64,000 nt of DNA, taken from NCBI GenBank assembly GCA_040386535.1, contig JAZKFH010000019.1:290186-354185 (forward strand), in the 5' to 3' direction. Shown piece by piece: positions 9,985 to 20,681 of this stretch. The notes under the pieces were generated by a model. It did no database searches, was not told where the DNA came from, and saw only the letters and a program-made list of their open reading frames with translations. The stretch comes from Myxococcota bacterium (GTDB lineage: Bacteria > Myxococcota_A > UBA796 > SXON01). Position numbers and translations under genes: made by a program. Position 1 is the stretch's first letter, and each line of letters begins with the position of its first letter.

Positions 9985-10752
9985 ATGCCTCGTAGGAAGA
10001 GCCAGGACGTGGCGCCAGAATATTTCACCACCTTCCAGGTGGCGAAAATGCTGCACGTGAGCCCACCCACCGTGGTGAATTGGGTCAACAGCGGGCTGCT
10101 CACGGCGCATCGCACGCCTGGAGGCCACCGGCGAATCGCGAAGGCGGACATCGTGGCCTTCGTCGAAGGGAATGTGTATCCGAACCCCTTCGACAAGGAG
10201 CCCACGCAGATCCCGCTGATCCCGGCGCCACCGCCGGCGGTCCGGCCTCCGCCGCCCCCCATGCTCAAGCGTGTCCTGATTGTTGATGACCTCCCCGAGT
10301 TCTGCTACCTCGTGCGCGACTATCTCCTCGAGGTCGGGGGCTACGAGGTCGAGGTGGCCTTCAGCGGCTTCGCGGCGGGACTCACCGTGGGGCGGTTCCA
10401 ACCCGAGCTCATCCTGTTGGACATCGACCTGGATCCGCACAAGGTCGGCGCGATGGACGGATTCCAGCTCCTCAAGACCCTCCGGGACGATCCGCAGACC
10501 AGCTCCATTCCCGTCATCGCGTGCTCAGGGCTGCCGGACGCGCGGATCGAGGCCGAGGTCCGTAGGGGCACGCTCTTCACAAGCCTGGAAAAGCCGTTCC
10601 CGCTCTCGCAGCTCGTCGACGTGATGCAGGAGGCCCTGGCCGGGCGTGCGCAGCCTCGCTCGGCGCAGCCCGCCCCCACGTTCACGACCGAGAGCGCACG
10701 TACGTCCTACGCGAAGCCCAAAGCGCTCACGGCGAGCGCTTTGCGGGTGTAA
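9985..10752 (+). CDS. Response regulator with N-terminal excisionase-type HTH and receiver domain
   Basis: FTTFQVAKMLHVSPPTVVNWVNSG..RTPGGHRRI; VLIVDD, LILLDIDL, MDGFQL, EKPF; GGAGG SD. Confidence 0.9.
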   Translation: MPRRKSQDVAPEYFTTFQVAKMLHVSPPTVVNWVNSGLLTAHRTPGGHRRIAKADIVAFVEGNVYPNPFDKEPTQIPLIPAPPPAVRPPPPPMLKRVLIVDDLPEFCYLVRDYLLEVGGYEVEVAFSGFAAGLTVGRFQPELILLDIDLDPHKVGAMDGFQLLKTLRDDPQTSSIPVIACSGLPDARIEAEVRRGTLFTSLEKPFPLSQLVDVMQEALAGRAQPRSAQPAPTFTTESARTSYAKPKALTASALRV

Positions 10753-11605
10753 CCAAGGGATCGGTCGGGGTGGGGCCGGGGGGGTGCGCCACCTCGTCCC
10801 CCCCGCGCGCCGGCAGCGGGATCGCGGAGAGCGGGACCGGGGCGCGTGACACCCCGCGCCGCACCCGCACGACCTCGGCGGCGATGGCCACGGCGATCTC
10901 CTCGGGCGTCTCGGCGCCGAGGTCCAGGCCGACCGGCGCCGAGACACGCGCGAACAGCGCCTCGTCGACTCCGGCGGCGCGCAGCCGGATGAAGAACTTC
11001 GCGATCTTGGCGCGGCTGCCGATGAGGCCGAGCCACGCCCACGTGCGGGAGAGCAGCAGCTCGAGCAGATCCTGGTCGAGCGCGTGATCGTGCGTGACGA
11101 TGAGGATGTACGTCCGCGCGTCCGTCACCAGGCGGCGGGCGAAGCGCCGGGGGTCCTCGGTGACGAGCGTGACGCCGGGAAAGCGCTCGGGATCGGCCTG
11201 ATCTTCCCGCTCGTCCACCACGGTCACGTCGAAACCGAGCTCCCGCGCGAAGCTCGCCGTGGGCCGCGCCACGTGGCCGGCGCCGAACACGATCATCCGC
11301 TCACGCGGGCCCATGGGCTCGATGAACACCTCCATGGCGCCTCCACAACACATCCCCAGGTCACGCGTCAGGTGCACCGCGTAGCGACGGGGCCGCCCCA
11401 CACGGAGCGCCTCGAGCGCGGCCCGGATGACCTGGTACTCGAAGTTGCCACCGCCGATCGTCCCGTGGATCCGGCCGTCGGGCCACACGATCATCCGCGC
11501 GCCGGTGGCCCGCGGCGCGGAGCCGTCGACCCCGATGACCGTCGTGAGGGCGACGTGTTCGCCCGCTTCACCGGCGGCCAGCAACACGCGCCAGAGGTCC
11601 GTCAT
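10727..11605 (-). CDS. xdhC: Xanthine dehydrogenase accessory protein XdhC
   Basis: GSAPR, GTIGGGNFE, DLGMCCGG, FGAGHV, THDHALD, GLIGSRAK, AETPEEIAVAIAAE. Confidence 0.92.
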   Translation of the reverse strand: MTDLWRVLLAAGEAGEHVALTTVIGVDGSAPRATGARMIVWPDGRIHGTIGGGNFEYQVIRAALEALRVGRPRRYAVHLTRDLGMCCGGAMEVFIEPMGPRERMIVFGAGHVARPTASFARELGFDVTVVDEREDQADPERFPGVTLVTEDPRRFARRLVTDARTYILIVTHDHALDQDLLELLLSRTWAWLGLIGSRAKIAKFFIRLRAAGVDEALFARVSAPVGLDLGAETPEEIAVAIAAEVVRVRRGVSRAPVPLSAIPLPARGGDEVAHPPGPTPTDPLVTPAKRSP

Positions 11606-11733
11606 CGACGAGCTCGGGCGGGGCGGGGCGGGACCGGACGGGGCAACGCGAACTCCACCGGCACCACAACGTCACCGGAGCGCGTCGCTTATCGCGTTGA
11701 CCGGAGCCGAGCGCTTGCGTAGAGTGCCGCCCG

Positions 11734-13581
11734 ATGTCGAACCGCAGGCTCCTGCTGCTCCTCCTCGTCTCCTGGCCCGCGGTCGCGCAGGAGCCGCCGG
11801 ACGTCGCCCCCCCCGCGCCCGCGGAGCTCGTGCAACCGCTGGGGTCCCGCTTCGTGTGGGAGCTGCGTCCCTCGCTCGGAGCGGGAGTTCGGCCCGCGGG
11901 GTTGGCCGTGCAGACGGTGGCCGGCGGCACGTGGTTCGTGGTCGACGAGAAGGGCGGGGTGTGGAGCTCGGAGGACGAGGGCGGTCGCTGGGAGCGCGTC
12001 CTGCGGGCTGACGGAGACGACGGCGAGGAGGAGATGACGGACGACGAGGCGCTGCTCCTCGAGGCGGAGACGCTGCAAGACGAGCAGATCGAGAACGCCG
12101 AGTCCCAGATCGACGAGTCCGATCCGGACGCGATCCCGGGTGACGAGCCGTTCGCGGAGGAGGAGGTCGCTCCGACCGACGAGCTCGAGGACCTCCAGGA
12201 CGTGGAGATCGAGGACGTCGACGTCCTCCAGGGCGACCTGCTCGTCGGCGACCGGGGGGACGGCCGCGGGGCCCAGCCCGTGGTGTGGGTCGATCCCGCC
12301 GATGTCGATCGTGTATTCGTCGGGCGCGTGGACGGGGTCTGGCGCTCTTCGGACTCGGGCCGCACTTGGGAGCGGGTCAGCACCACGTCGAGCCTGGACC
12401 CCCAGGTGACGACCTTCGCCCGCGGGAAGGACGGCGCCCTCATCGCCGGGACGGTTGATGGCGTGCGGTTCTCCCTGGACGACGGCGCGACCTGGATCGA
12501 CGCGGTCGACGCCACCGACGGAGCCCATGTCCACGCGATCGTTCAGGAGGCGGGTGCCTACTGGGCCGCGACCACCGAGGGCCTGTTCCGCAGCGGGAAC
12601 GGCTTCGGCTGGGAGCAGGTGCCGCTCCCGGACTCGGCGGAGGCGCGGGCCATCGTGGCCGACTCCAACTGGGACACCGGGTTCTGGGTCGCGACCGCGG
12701 GGGCGCTCCTGCGCACCGATGACGGCGGCGCCACCTTCTACGTAGCGGGCCGCCAGCCCCTCCGCGGCCTGCGCGACATGGTGAGCCTCGACGAGCCGGG
12801 GCATCTCCTCGCCATCTCGGACGACGGCGTGTGGGAGTCGATGGACGGCGGCGTGACCTGGATCACCGCCGATCGGCAGCTCGGCGACCCCGACGTGCGC
12901 GCCCTCGCGTTCGCGGACAGCGGCGCCGTCATCGCCACCCCCCGGGGCGTCTGGCGCCTCGTGCCGCCCCGCTCGGTAGTAGTCCCCGAGCTGCGGCGAA
13001 AGGCGCAGCTCTCCCTCCCGGCGACCGTCCAAGCGTCGATCTCGCGCCATGGGATGGACCTCGATCTGCTCTCCCTCTCCCGGCTCGGCGTCGCGTCGAG
13101 GCTGGTGCCGGGCGTAGAGCTGACCTTCGACTACGGCTCGGCGGCGGCCCGCGACGTCGACCACGTCTCCGCGTCGACCACCGACTCCTACGACGACGAC
13201 TGGTCGCTCACCGCGAAGCTCTGCTGGGGCGGGGGCTGCGGCGTGAGCAGCGGAACCGGGACCACCGACTATTCGGACAGCGCCAGCAGCACCTCCGCCT
13301 ACGTCTCGGGCGGCGAGGTGTTCAGCGAGGGTGAGCCGGTCGCGGCCGCCGCGAACGTCGCCCAGCGCGTCCGCAGCTACCGGCGCTACCTCTCGGACCA
13401 CGTGGCCGATGCGTGGCTCTCGCGCGTCCAGCTGATGAACGAGAGCGCCGCCGTCCGCGAGCTGCCGCTCCGCGAGCAGGTCCTCCACACGCTTCAAATC
13501 GCCGAGCTCGACGCGCGCCTCGACGCGCTCACCGACGGCGCCTTCCTTCGCTCTCTCTCACGTCTCGAGGAGTCCCCATGA
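11734..13581 (+). CDS. Exported BNR/Asp-box beta-propeller protein with C-terminal TolC-like single repeat
   Basis: Signal peptide; about six S/T-x-D-x-G-x-T-W boxes; acidic insert; C-terminus (LVPGVELTFDY..WSLTAKLCW..AELDARLDALTDGAF) resembles the downstream protein. Confidence 0.75.
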   Translation: MSNRRLLLLLLVSWPAVAQEPPDVAPPAPAELVQPLGSRFVWELRPSLGAGVRPAGLAVQTVAGGTWFVVDEKGGVWSSEDEGGRWERVLRADGDDGEEEMTDDEALLLEAETLQDEQIENAESQIDESDPDAIPGDEPFAEEEVAPTDELEDLQDVEIEDVDVLQGDLLVGDRGDGRGAQPVVWVDPADVDRVFVGRVDGVWRSSDSGRTWERVSTTSSLDPQVTTFARGKDGALIAGTVDGVRFSLDDGATWIDAVDATDGAHVHAIVQEAGAYWAATTEGLFRSGNGFGWEQVPLPDSAEARAIVADSNWDTGFWVATAGALLRTDDGGATFYVAGRQPLRGLRDMVSLDEPGHLLAISDDGVWESMDGGVTWITADRQLGDPDVRALAFADSGAVIATPRGVWRLVPPRSVVVPELRRKAQLSLPATVQASISRHGMDLDLLSLSRLGVASRLVPGVELTFDYGSAAARDVDHVSASTTDSYDDDWSLTAKLCWGGGCGVSSGTGTTDYSDSASSTSAYVSGGEVFSEGEPVAAAANVAQRVRSYRRYLSDHVADAWLSRVQLMNESAAVRELPLREQVLHTLQIAELDARLDALTDGAFLRSLSRLEESP

Positions 13582-14168
13582 TCTCGTTCGTACTCGCGCT
13601 CGCCCTCTCGGGGCCGGCCACCGCCGCGGAGTTCCGCACGGTCGACGAGGTGCTCGCGCAGTTCGAGAAGGAGCCGGACGTACAGGCGGTGCAGAAGATG
13701 GTCCTGGAGTACTCCAAGACCGATCCCCGCTACGTCGAGGAGTGGATGGCCGCCGCGAAGAACGCCGCGTGGCTCCCCGACCTCTCGGTCCAGTACGACT
13801 ACGACAACTGGTACGCCTACGACTACGGCTACGAGACGTCGGCCGACGGCGCGCTCGAAGGCACGGACATCGACGACAAACACGGCGTGACCGCAAAGGC
13901 GGCGTGGAAGCTCAACAAGCTCGTCATGTCGAGCGATCGCATCCGCGTCATCAGCGAGACCCAGGACATCGTGAAGCTCCGCGACAAGGTCCTCGAGGAG
14001 GCCACCCGCCTCTACTTCGATCGCCGCCGCCTCCAGGTCGACCTGCTCCTCAATCCCGCCGGCGATCTGAAGACGCAGGTGAAGAACGAGATGCGCCTGC
14101 AGGAGCTGACGGCGCAGATCGACGCCTACACCGGCGGTCGCTTCTCCGCGGCGGCGAACGGCAAGTAA
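13578..14168 (+). CDS. Exported 196-aa protein resembling one outer-membrane efflux (TolC/OEP) repeat
   Basis: ATGA overlap; signal peptide; AAWLPDLSVQYDY..VTAKAAWKL beta-hairpin, then VLEEATRLYFDRRRL and ELTAQIDAYTGG helices. Confidence 0.7.
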   Translation: MISFVLALALSGPATAAEFRTVDEVLAQFEKEPDVQAVQKMVLEYSKTDPRYVEEWMAAAKNAAWLPDLSVQYDYDNWYAYDYGYETSADGALEGTDIDDKHGVTAKAAWKLNKLVMSSDRIRVISETQDIVKLRDKVLEEATRLYFDRRRLQVDLLLNPAGDLKTQVKNEMRLQELTAQIDAYTGGRFSAAANGK

Positions 14169-14240
14169 GCGTCTCGAGTGTCCGTCCGGAGCGTCGGCGG
14201 ACGCGCCTGCGCGACGGATGGGGGATAGACGGGCGGCATC

Positions 14241-15773
<1,533 letters not shown>

Positions 15774-15792
15774 CGCGCGCCGGCCGGGCCCG

Positions 15793-16920
15793 GTGAGCTG
15801 GGCCGTCGCCGCCCTCACGGTGCTGGCGGTGGCGCTCTCGCCGGGCCTGCCCTGGTACGTCGGGCCCGCGGCGCTCGGCCTCGCGGCCATCGCGGCGCGT
15901 GATCGGCACTGGATCTGGCCCGCGCTCGGCCTCACGCTGCTCTGGACGCCCGCCGTGGGCGGCCCTGTCGGTGCCGGCGTGCTCGTGGGCGCGATCGTGC
16001 TCGGGGCGCTGCGATGGCGTGCCCTCTCCACGGGCGTGGTCGTGGTCGCGCTCCTCCTCGCCATGAAGCAGGAGGCCGCGAGCGCCGCGTTGGCCTCCGC
16101 CACGAGCGTCGTGCCGGGGTTGGTGGCGACGTTGGTGACCGCGGCCGGGGCCGTCTCCGCCGCGCGGGGCGGGCGCATCGAGGCGGCGGCCCTCGCGCTC
16201 GCCGGCGGGGTGATCCTCACGCGGCTCGGCCTCGTTTGGAGCGTGGAGGGCGAGGCACGCCTGCACGCCGCGGAGCGGATCGACGCGATTGCGTTCGTCT
16301 ACGACGGGCTCGTGTCCGATGCCGACGAGGCGCTCGCCCTGGCGCTCGTCCGCGCCGCGCCCGACCGGGACGAGGCCGCGCTGCGCCTCGGCTGGGCGGC
16401 CGCCCTGGCGGCGGGGTGGCGCCCCGCGCGCGCCGACGGCGTGGTGGTGGCGGTGGCCCGTGCGCTGGACGCGAGCGGACGGGGAGGGGAGGCGCTCCGG
16501 TTGCTCGCGCGCCACCCGCGCGAGGGCGACGTGGACGCGCTCATGGGCCTGTTGGAGCACATTCAGGGGGTACCCAGCCGGTGGCGCGGGGCGTCCCTCG
16601 GGCCGCGCCTGCCGGGGCGCGCGGCGCTGGATGTGTCGTTCCGCACCAATGGCTGGGTCGGCGTCGAGTTCACGGCGACCGAGCCGCTCGCCAACCTGAT
16701 GCTCACCGGGAACGGCATCGCCTACGCGGGCGCGTCCGTCGTCGAGGTCCAGATCGATGGGGCGACGCCGATCCCTTGGACGTTGGACGGCCCCGGCGAG
16801 CTCACCGTCCCGGGCCCCGTGGCGCCGGGGCCCCACCGCCTCGGGTTGCGCTTCGTCAACGATCGCGCCGACGCCGGCGGCGACCGAAATGTGGAAGTTC
16901 TGGGGTTGCGCGCCGAGTAG
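15793..16920 (+). CDS. Hypothetical membrane protein with C-terminal carbohydrate-binding-like module
   Basis: Several hydrophobic N-terminal segments; C-terminal GPHRLGLRFVND..GGDRNVEV resembles Ca-dependent CBM60-type motifs. Confidence 0.55.
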   Translation: MSWAVAALTVLAVALSPGLPWYVGPAALGLAAIAARDRHWIWPALGLTLLWTPAVGGPVGAGVLVGAIVLGALRWRALSTGVVVVALLLAMKQEAASAALASATSVVPGLVATLVTAAGAVSAARGGRIEAAALALAGGVILTRLGLVWSVEGEARLHAAERIDAIAFVYDGLVSDADEALALALVRAAPDRDEAALRLGWAAALAAGWRPARADGVVVAVARALDASGRGGEALRLLARHPREGDVDALMGLLEHIQGVPSRWRGASLGPRLPGRAALDVSFRTNGWVGVEFTATEPLANLMLTGNGIAYAGASVVEVQIDGATPIPWTLDGPGELTVPGPVAPGPHRLGLRFVNDRADAGGDRNVEVLGLRAE

Positions 16921-16928
16921 ATCACGGA

Positions 16929-16957
16929 CGGGGGGGCCGTGCGCCCCCCCGGTTTCT
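16929..16957. terminator. GC hairpin between convergent genes, probable terminator
   Basis: CGGGGGGGC / GCCCCCCCG stem followed by GTTTCT. Confidence 0.6.
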
Positions 16958-16976
16958 CACGTGGCCGACCGGGACC

Positions 16977-17498
16977 CTACCGGGTCCCACCGCCGGCCCC
17001 GGGGGTGGCCCCTTCGGGGTTGGTGCCGGGCTGGGCGGGGGTCATCGGCGTGCCGGTCTCGGAGACGACGATCTCCTGGGCCGTGCGCTTGCCGTCGACC
17101 ATCCGGTAGACGACGTGGACCATCGTCCCGGGCGCGAGCTCGTTCACGGTGACGACGTTCTCGCCCCGCTGGATCCGCGCGGTCGGGCCGTACTCCACGT
17201 CGAACGTCTCGCCGGAGGGGAGCCGCAGGTTCACGGTGTCGTTGTCCGAGCCGGTGACGACGGCGTCGAACTCGACCGGCTCGCCGCGCTGCTCCAGGTC
17301 GCGGAGCTCCTGTGCCATCTCGCGACGCGCCTCCGCAACGTCCTCGCGGCCCTCCTGCGCGGCCTCGCGCACGCCCTCGGCGGCCTCCCGCTCGGTCTCG
17401 CGCACGTCCTGGACGGCTTCCTGCGCTTCCTGCTGCTCCGTCTGGCACGCGGCCACCAAGCCGAGCGACGCGATCCCGACAAATGTCAACGTCCTCAT
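16977..17498 (-). CDS. Hypothetical lipoprotein (coiled coil plus OB-like beta domain)
   Basis: AGGAGG SD; lipobox LVAAC; EQA-rich helix, then beta-rich domain (ELAPGTMVHVVY..AQEIVV). Confidence 0.7.
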   Translation of the reverse strand: MRTLTFVGIASLGLVAACQTEQQEAQEAVQDVRETEREAAEGVREAAQEGREDVAEARREMAQELRDLEQRGEPVEFDAVVTGSDNDTVNLRLPSGETFDVEYGPTARIQRGENVVTVNELAPGTMVHVVYRMVDGKRTAQEIVVSETGTPMTPAQPGTNPEGATPGAGGGTR

Positions 17499-17562
17499 CT
17501 GTTCCTCCTGATTCGAAGGACCCCCGGCCCGAGCGCCAGGGTGACCTGTGCTGTGAACAGGG

Positions 17563-17577
17563 GCAATGTGTGCGCCG
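17563..17577 (-). promoter_or_regulatory. Possible sigma54 -24/-12 promoter
   Basis: Minus strand CGGCGCACACATTGC = GG-N10-GC ending TTGC, about 65 nt upstream of the lipoprotein start. Confidence 0.35.
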
Positions 17578-17654
17578 CTGCATGGGCCATCGGCGGGACT
17601 GACACATCGAGGAGAATTGGGTAGCAGCGTTGCATCTCTCGCGGAATCCAGCGG

Positions 17655-18281
17655 TCACGCCGTCGTGAGGGAGCCCAATGCACGTTCGAGGTTTGCCCGT
17701 GCCGCCGCCTCGTACCGCTCCGCCATCGCGGGGGTCTGGTAGAGCGCAGGCCGGGCGAGCAGCGAGGCCAGGATTCGCCCGCGGCCGGCGGCGAACAGCG
17801 CGTCCGGCACGTGGGCGTACTCCCGCCGCACCTCGCGCTCGTACGCGTCGAACACCGCGGGCGGCTGGCCGAGGATGGAGAGATCGACATCCACGAGGAG
17901 GGCCATGTCCGGGTCGGTGGGGAGCGCGTCGTGGCGGGTGGCGAGCACCAGCGCCGACAGGCGATCGGCGTGCCGCGAGAGGCCCACGGCGTGAGCGGAC
18001 CGGCTCGCCCAGGCCGCGCTGCGCGCCTCGTTGTCGTGGGCGAGGGGATCGTAGATGGCGTCGTGGAACCAGAGGGCGAGCGCCAACAGGTCCGGCTCGC
18101 GGGCGAGAATGCGCACGCGGTCGAGCTCGTCGAGGCACGCCGATAGGTGCACGAGCGTGTGGTAGGCGCGGTGCGGCTCGGACCAGGCTTCGAGGAGGCG
18201 CTCCCCCTCGTCGGCCCACGGCCCCACGGCCGCCAAGCGCTCTCCGAGCGACGCCCACCGCGCGGCGAGCGCGCCCCGCAT
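17655..18281 (-). CDS. Predicted metal-dependent HD-superfamily phosphohydrolase
   Basis: EPHRAYHTLVHL, ALWFHDAIYDP, NEARSA, LATRH, DVDLSILG, VRREYAHV. Confidence 0.88.
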   Translation of the reverse strand: MRGALAARWASLGERLAAVGPWADEGERLLEAWSEPHRAYHTLVHLSACLDELDRVRILAREPDLLALALWFHDAIYDPLAHDNEARSAAWASRSAHAVGLSRHADRLSALVLATRHDALPTDPDMALLVDVDLSILGQPPAVFDAYEREVRREYAHVPDALFAAGRGRILASLLARPALYQTPAMAERYEAAARANLERALGSLTTA

Positions 18282-19496
18282 TTACTTGCCGACCCGCAAC
18301 CGCAGACCCGCGTACACCGAGTTGGGATCGGCCCCGAGCACGTCGCGGTTGGCCTCGTGCAGCTCGGCGGCGCGGTCGGCCGAGCCGAGCTCGCGGGCCG
18401 CGATCGTGGCGAGGGTCTCCCCCCGTTGCACGACCACCACGCGCCCGCTCACGGTGCGGTAGCCCGACTTGGGCGCCTCGCCGCCGAGCCAGCGCGCCTC
18501 GAGCCGCGCGAGCATGCCCTGGTCGCCGAGGTCGCGGAGGACCCGGTTCACGTCCGCCTGCAACGCGGCGTCGTCCGCGCGCAGCGCCACGTTGTAGGTC
18601 GCCACGTTCAGGGCGTCGTCCGCGATGCGCAGCCCGTCCCCGAAGGCCTGGAGCTCATGCCGGACGAGCGGGCAGTCGTAGACCACCGCGTCGAGCTTGC
18701 CGCGCGAGAGCTGCTCGAAGTAGCCGTAGTCGCCGAAGACCACGCGCTCGTAGGCCGCGCCGACCGTGGCGGCGACGAGCTGGGTCGCCACGGGATCGTC
18801 GTACATGCCGATCCGCTTGCCGCGCAGCGCGTCCAGCGTCTTGATGGGGGAGCGCTTCGCCACGACGAGGCAGTGGCTGTACTGCAGGTACGACGTGGTC
18901 CACGCGATCCCCGCCCACGTGCCGCTCGGGGAGAGCTGGCCGATGGCGAGGTCGGCCTCGCCCGCGCGCAGCCGATCCGGGAGCTGCGTGAAGGTGCTCG
19001 GCACCACGGTGAGGGGCACGCCGGCCTCCGCCGCGAGAGCGGACATGACGCCGAACTCGAAGCCCTCGTAGCCGCCCTCGACACCACCCTCGCGGGGGCG
19101 GGAGAGGAACGGGGCGGCGTCGGGATCGGCCGCCACGCGCAACGCGCCGCGCGCACGGACGGCTGCGAGGCCGCCCGTGACCTTGGAGGCGGCGGTGGAG
19201 GTGGGCTTGATGGGAGCGGCGGTCTTGGAGGCCCCTGCGGGGGTGTCCGAAGCGACCGGCCGCGCGGCGCCAGCGCCCAGGGAGACGACGCTCACGAACA
19301 GGACCCCCACGCCGGCCGCCACCGCCGCGAACAAGAGCGCGATGGCCGCGGGCGCGGGAAGACCCCGGCGCCTCCGCGCCCCCGCTGCTGCCGCGCGTGC
19401 CACGGTGACCGTGTGCGCCGACCCACACGACGGACACCGATCCGCGTCCTTGGCGACCTTGGACCCACAATGCGCGCACTTGTCCCACGTGCTCAC
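18282..19496 (-). CDS. Zinc ribbon / TM / family 3 solute-binding domain / LysM protein
   Basis: GTG start overlaps upstream stop; CAHC..CPSC; TM helix; RARGALRVAADPDAAPF; C-terminal LysM VQRGETLATIA..VYAGLRLRV. Confidence 0.8.
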   Translation of the reverse strand: MSTWDKCAHCGSKVAKDADRCPSCGSAHTVTVARAAAAGARRRRGLPAPAAIALLFAAVAAGVGVLFVSVVSLGAGAARPVASDTPAGASKTAAPIKPTSTAASKVTGGLAAVRARGALRVAADPDAAPFLSRPREGGVEGGYEGFEFGVMSALAAEAGVPLTVVPSTFTQLPDRLRAGEADLAIGQLSPSGTWAGIAWTTSYLQYSHCLVVAKRSPIKTLDALRGKRIGMYDDPVATQLVAATVGAAYERVVFGDYGYFEQLSRGKLDAVVYDCPLVRHELQAFGDGLRIADDALNVATYNVALRADDAALQADVNRVLRDLGDQGMLARLEARWLGGEAPKSGYRTVSGRVVVVQRGETLATIAARELGSADRAAELHEANRDVLGADPNSVYAGLRLRVGK

Positions 19497-20566
19497 GGCT
19501 TCGCCCCGGTCGCGCCCGGCACCCGCAGGCGCATCCCGGTGTAGATCTGGTTCGGATCGGGGCCGACCACGTCCTTGTTGGTCTCGTACAGCGCCTTCCA
19601 CTTCTCCGTGTCACCCAGCTCACGGCGGGCGATGAGCGAGAGGGTCTCGCCGCGCTTGACGACTACGACCTTGCCCGTGGCGCTCGTGTAGGAGTCCTTC
19701 GGCGCGCTGGCGCCGAGCCACCGCTGCTCGAGCGTGGCGAGGAGGCCCTGATCGCCGAGCTCCTTGAGCACCGCGTTGACGTCGGCGAGGAGCGCGGTGT
19801 CCCACATTGGCACGGCCACGTTGTAGGTGGCGACGTTCAGCGCGTCCTCCGCGATGCGGAGCTTGTCACCGTAGGTGGTCATCTCGTGGCGCGCGAGGGG
19901 GCAGTCGTAGACCATGCCGTCGAGCTGGCCGCGCACCATCTTCTCGAAGTAGCCGTAGTCGTCGAACAACACGCGCTCGTAGGCCGCGCTCACCAGAACG
20001 TCCGTGACCTGGCGCGCCACGACATCGTCGTACATGGCGACACGTTTGCCCTTCAGATCGGCGACGGTCTTCACCGCGCTGCCGGACGGCACGACGAGGC
20101 ACAGGCTGTATTGGAGGTAGGACACCGACCACGCGAGGTCGCCATAGGAGGCGCTGGGCGAGATCTGGCCGATGGCGATGTCGGCCGCGCCGGAGGTCAC
20201 CTTCTCCGTGAGGTTCGGGAATGTCGCGCCCACGATCTCGGCGGGCACGCCGGCGCGGTCCGCCAGGGCCCGCACGATGGCGTACTCGTAGCCCTCCCAG
20301 TTGCCGTCCGCGCCCTTCGCCAGGAACGGCGCCGCGTCGGGATCCGCGGCCACACGCAACACCCCGCGGCGCCGCACGCCGTCGAGGCCACCGTCCGCCG
20401 CGAGCGGGTTGACGACCGGGGGGCGGGGGGCCTCCTCGGGCACCTCCACCACCGTGGTGGTCGTGGACGAGGGGCCCGCGCCGCAGGCGAGGGACAGGCC
20501 CACGAGACCGCCGCCGGCGGCCAGGGACAGCCCACGTGGGAGGAGCGTGCGGGGAAGTGTCGTCAT
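19493..20566 (-). CDS. Lipoprotein: family 3 solute-binding domain plus LysM
   Basis: Lipobox LSLAC; RRGVLRVAADPDAAPF, EGYEYAI; LysM VKRGETLSLIA..NQIYTGMRLRVP; paralog of the downstream gene. Confidence 0.82.
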   Translation of the reverse strand: MTTLPRTLLPRGLSLAAGGGLVGLSLACGAGPSSTTTTVVEVPEEAPRPPVVNPLAADGGLDGVRRRGVLRVAADPDAAPFLAKGADGNWEGYEYAIVRALADRAGVPAEIVGATFPNLTEKVTSGAADIAIGQISPSASYGDLAWSVSYLQYSLCLVVPSGSAVKTVADLKGKRVAMYDDVVARQVTDVLVSAAYERVLFDDYGYFEKMVRGQLDGMVYDCPLARHEMTTYGDKLRIAEDALNVATYNVAVPMWDTALLADVNAVLKELGDQGLLATLEQRWLGASAPKDSYTSATGKVVVVKRGETLSLIARRELGDTEKWKALYETNKDVVGPDPNQIYTGMRLRVPGATGAKP

Positions 20567-20681
20567 CGTGACCTCGTGTGCGCCCGCCGCTTGCACAGCA
20601 GGAAGGCGTTCGCGCGCATCATCCCCCGGGCCGCCGAAGGCGGCAAGCGATAGGGGGCCCGGCTTCCCGACGGGGCTCTCC

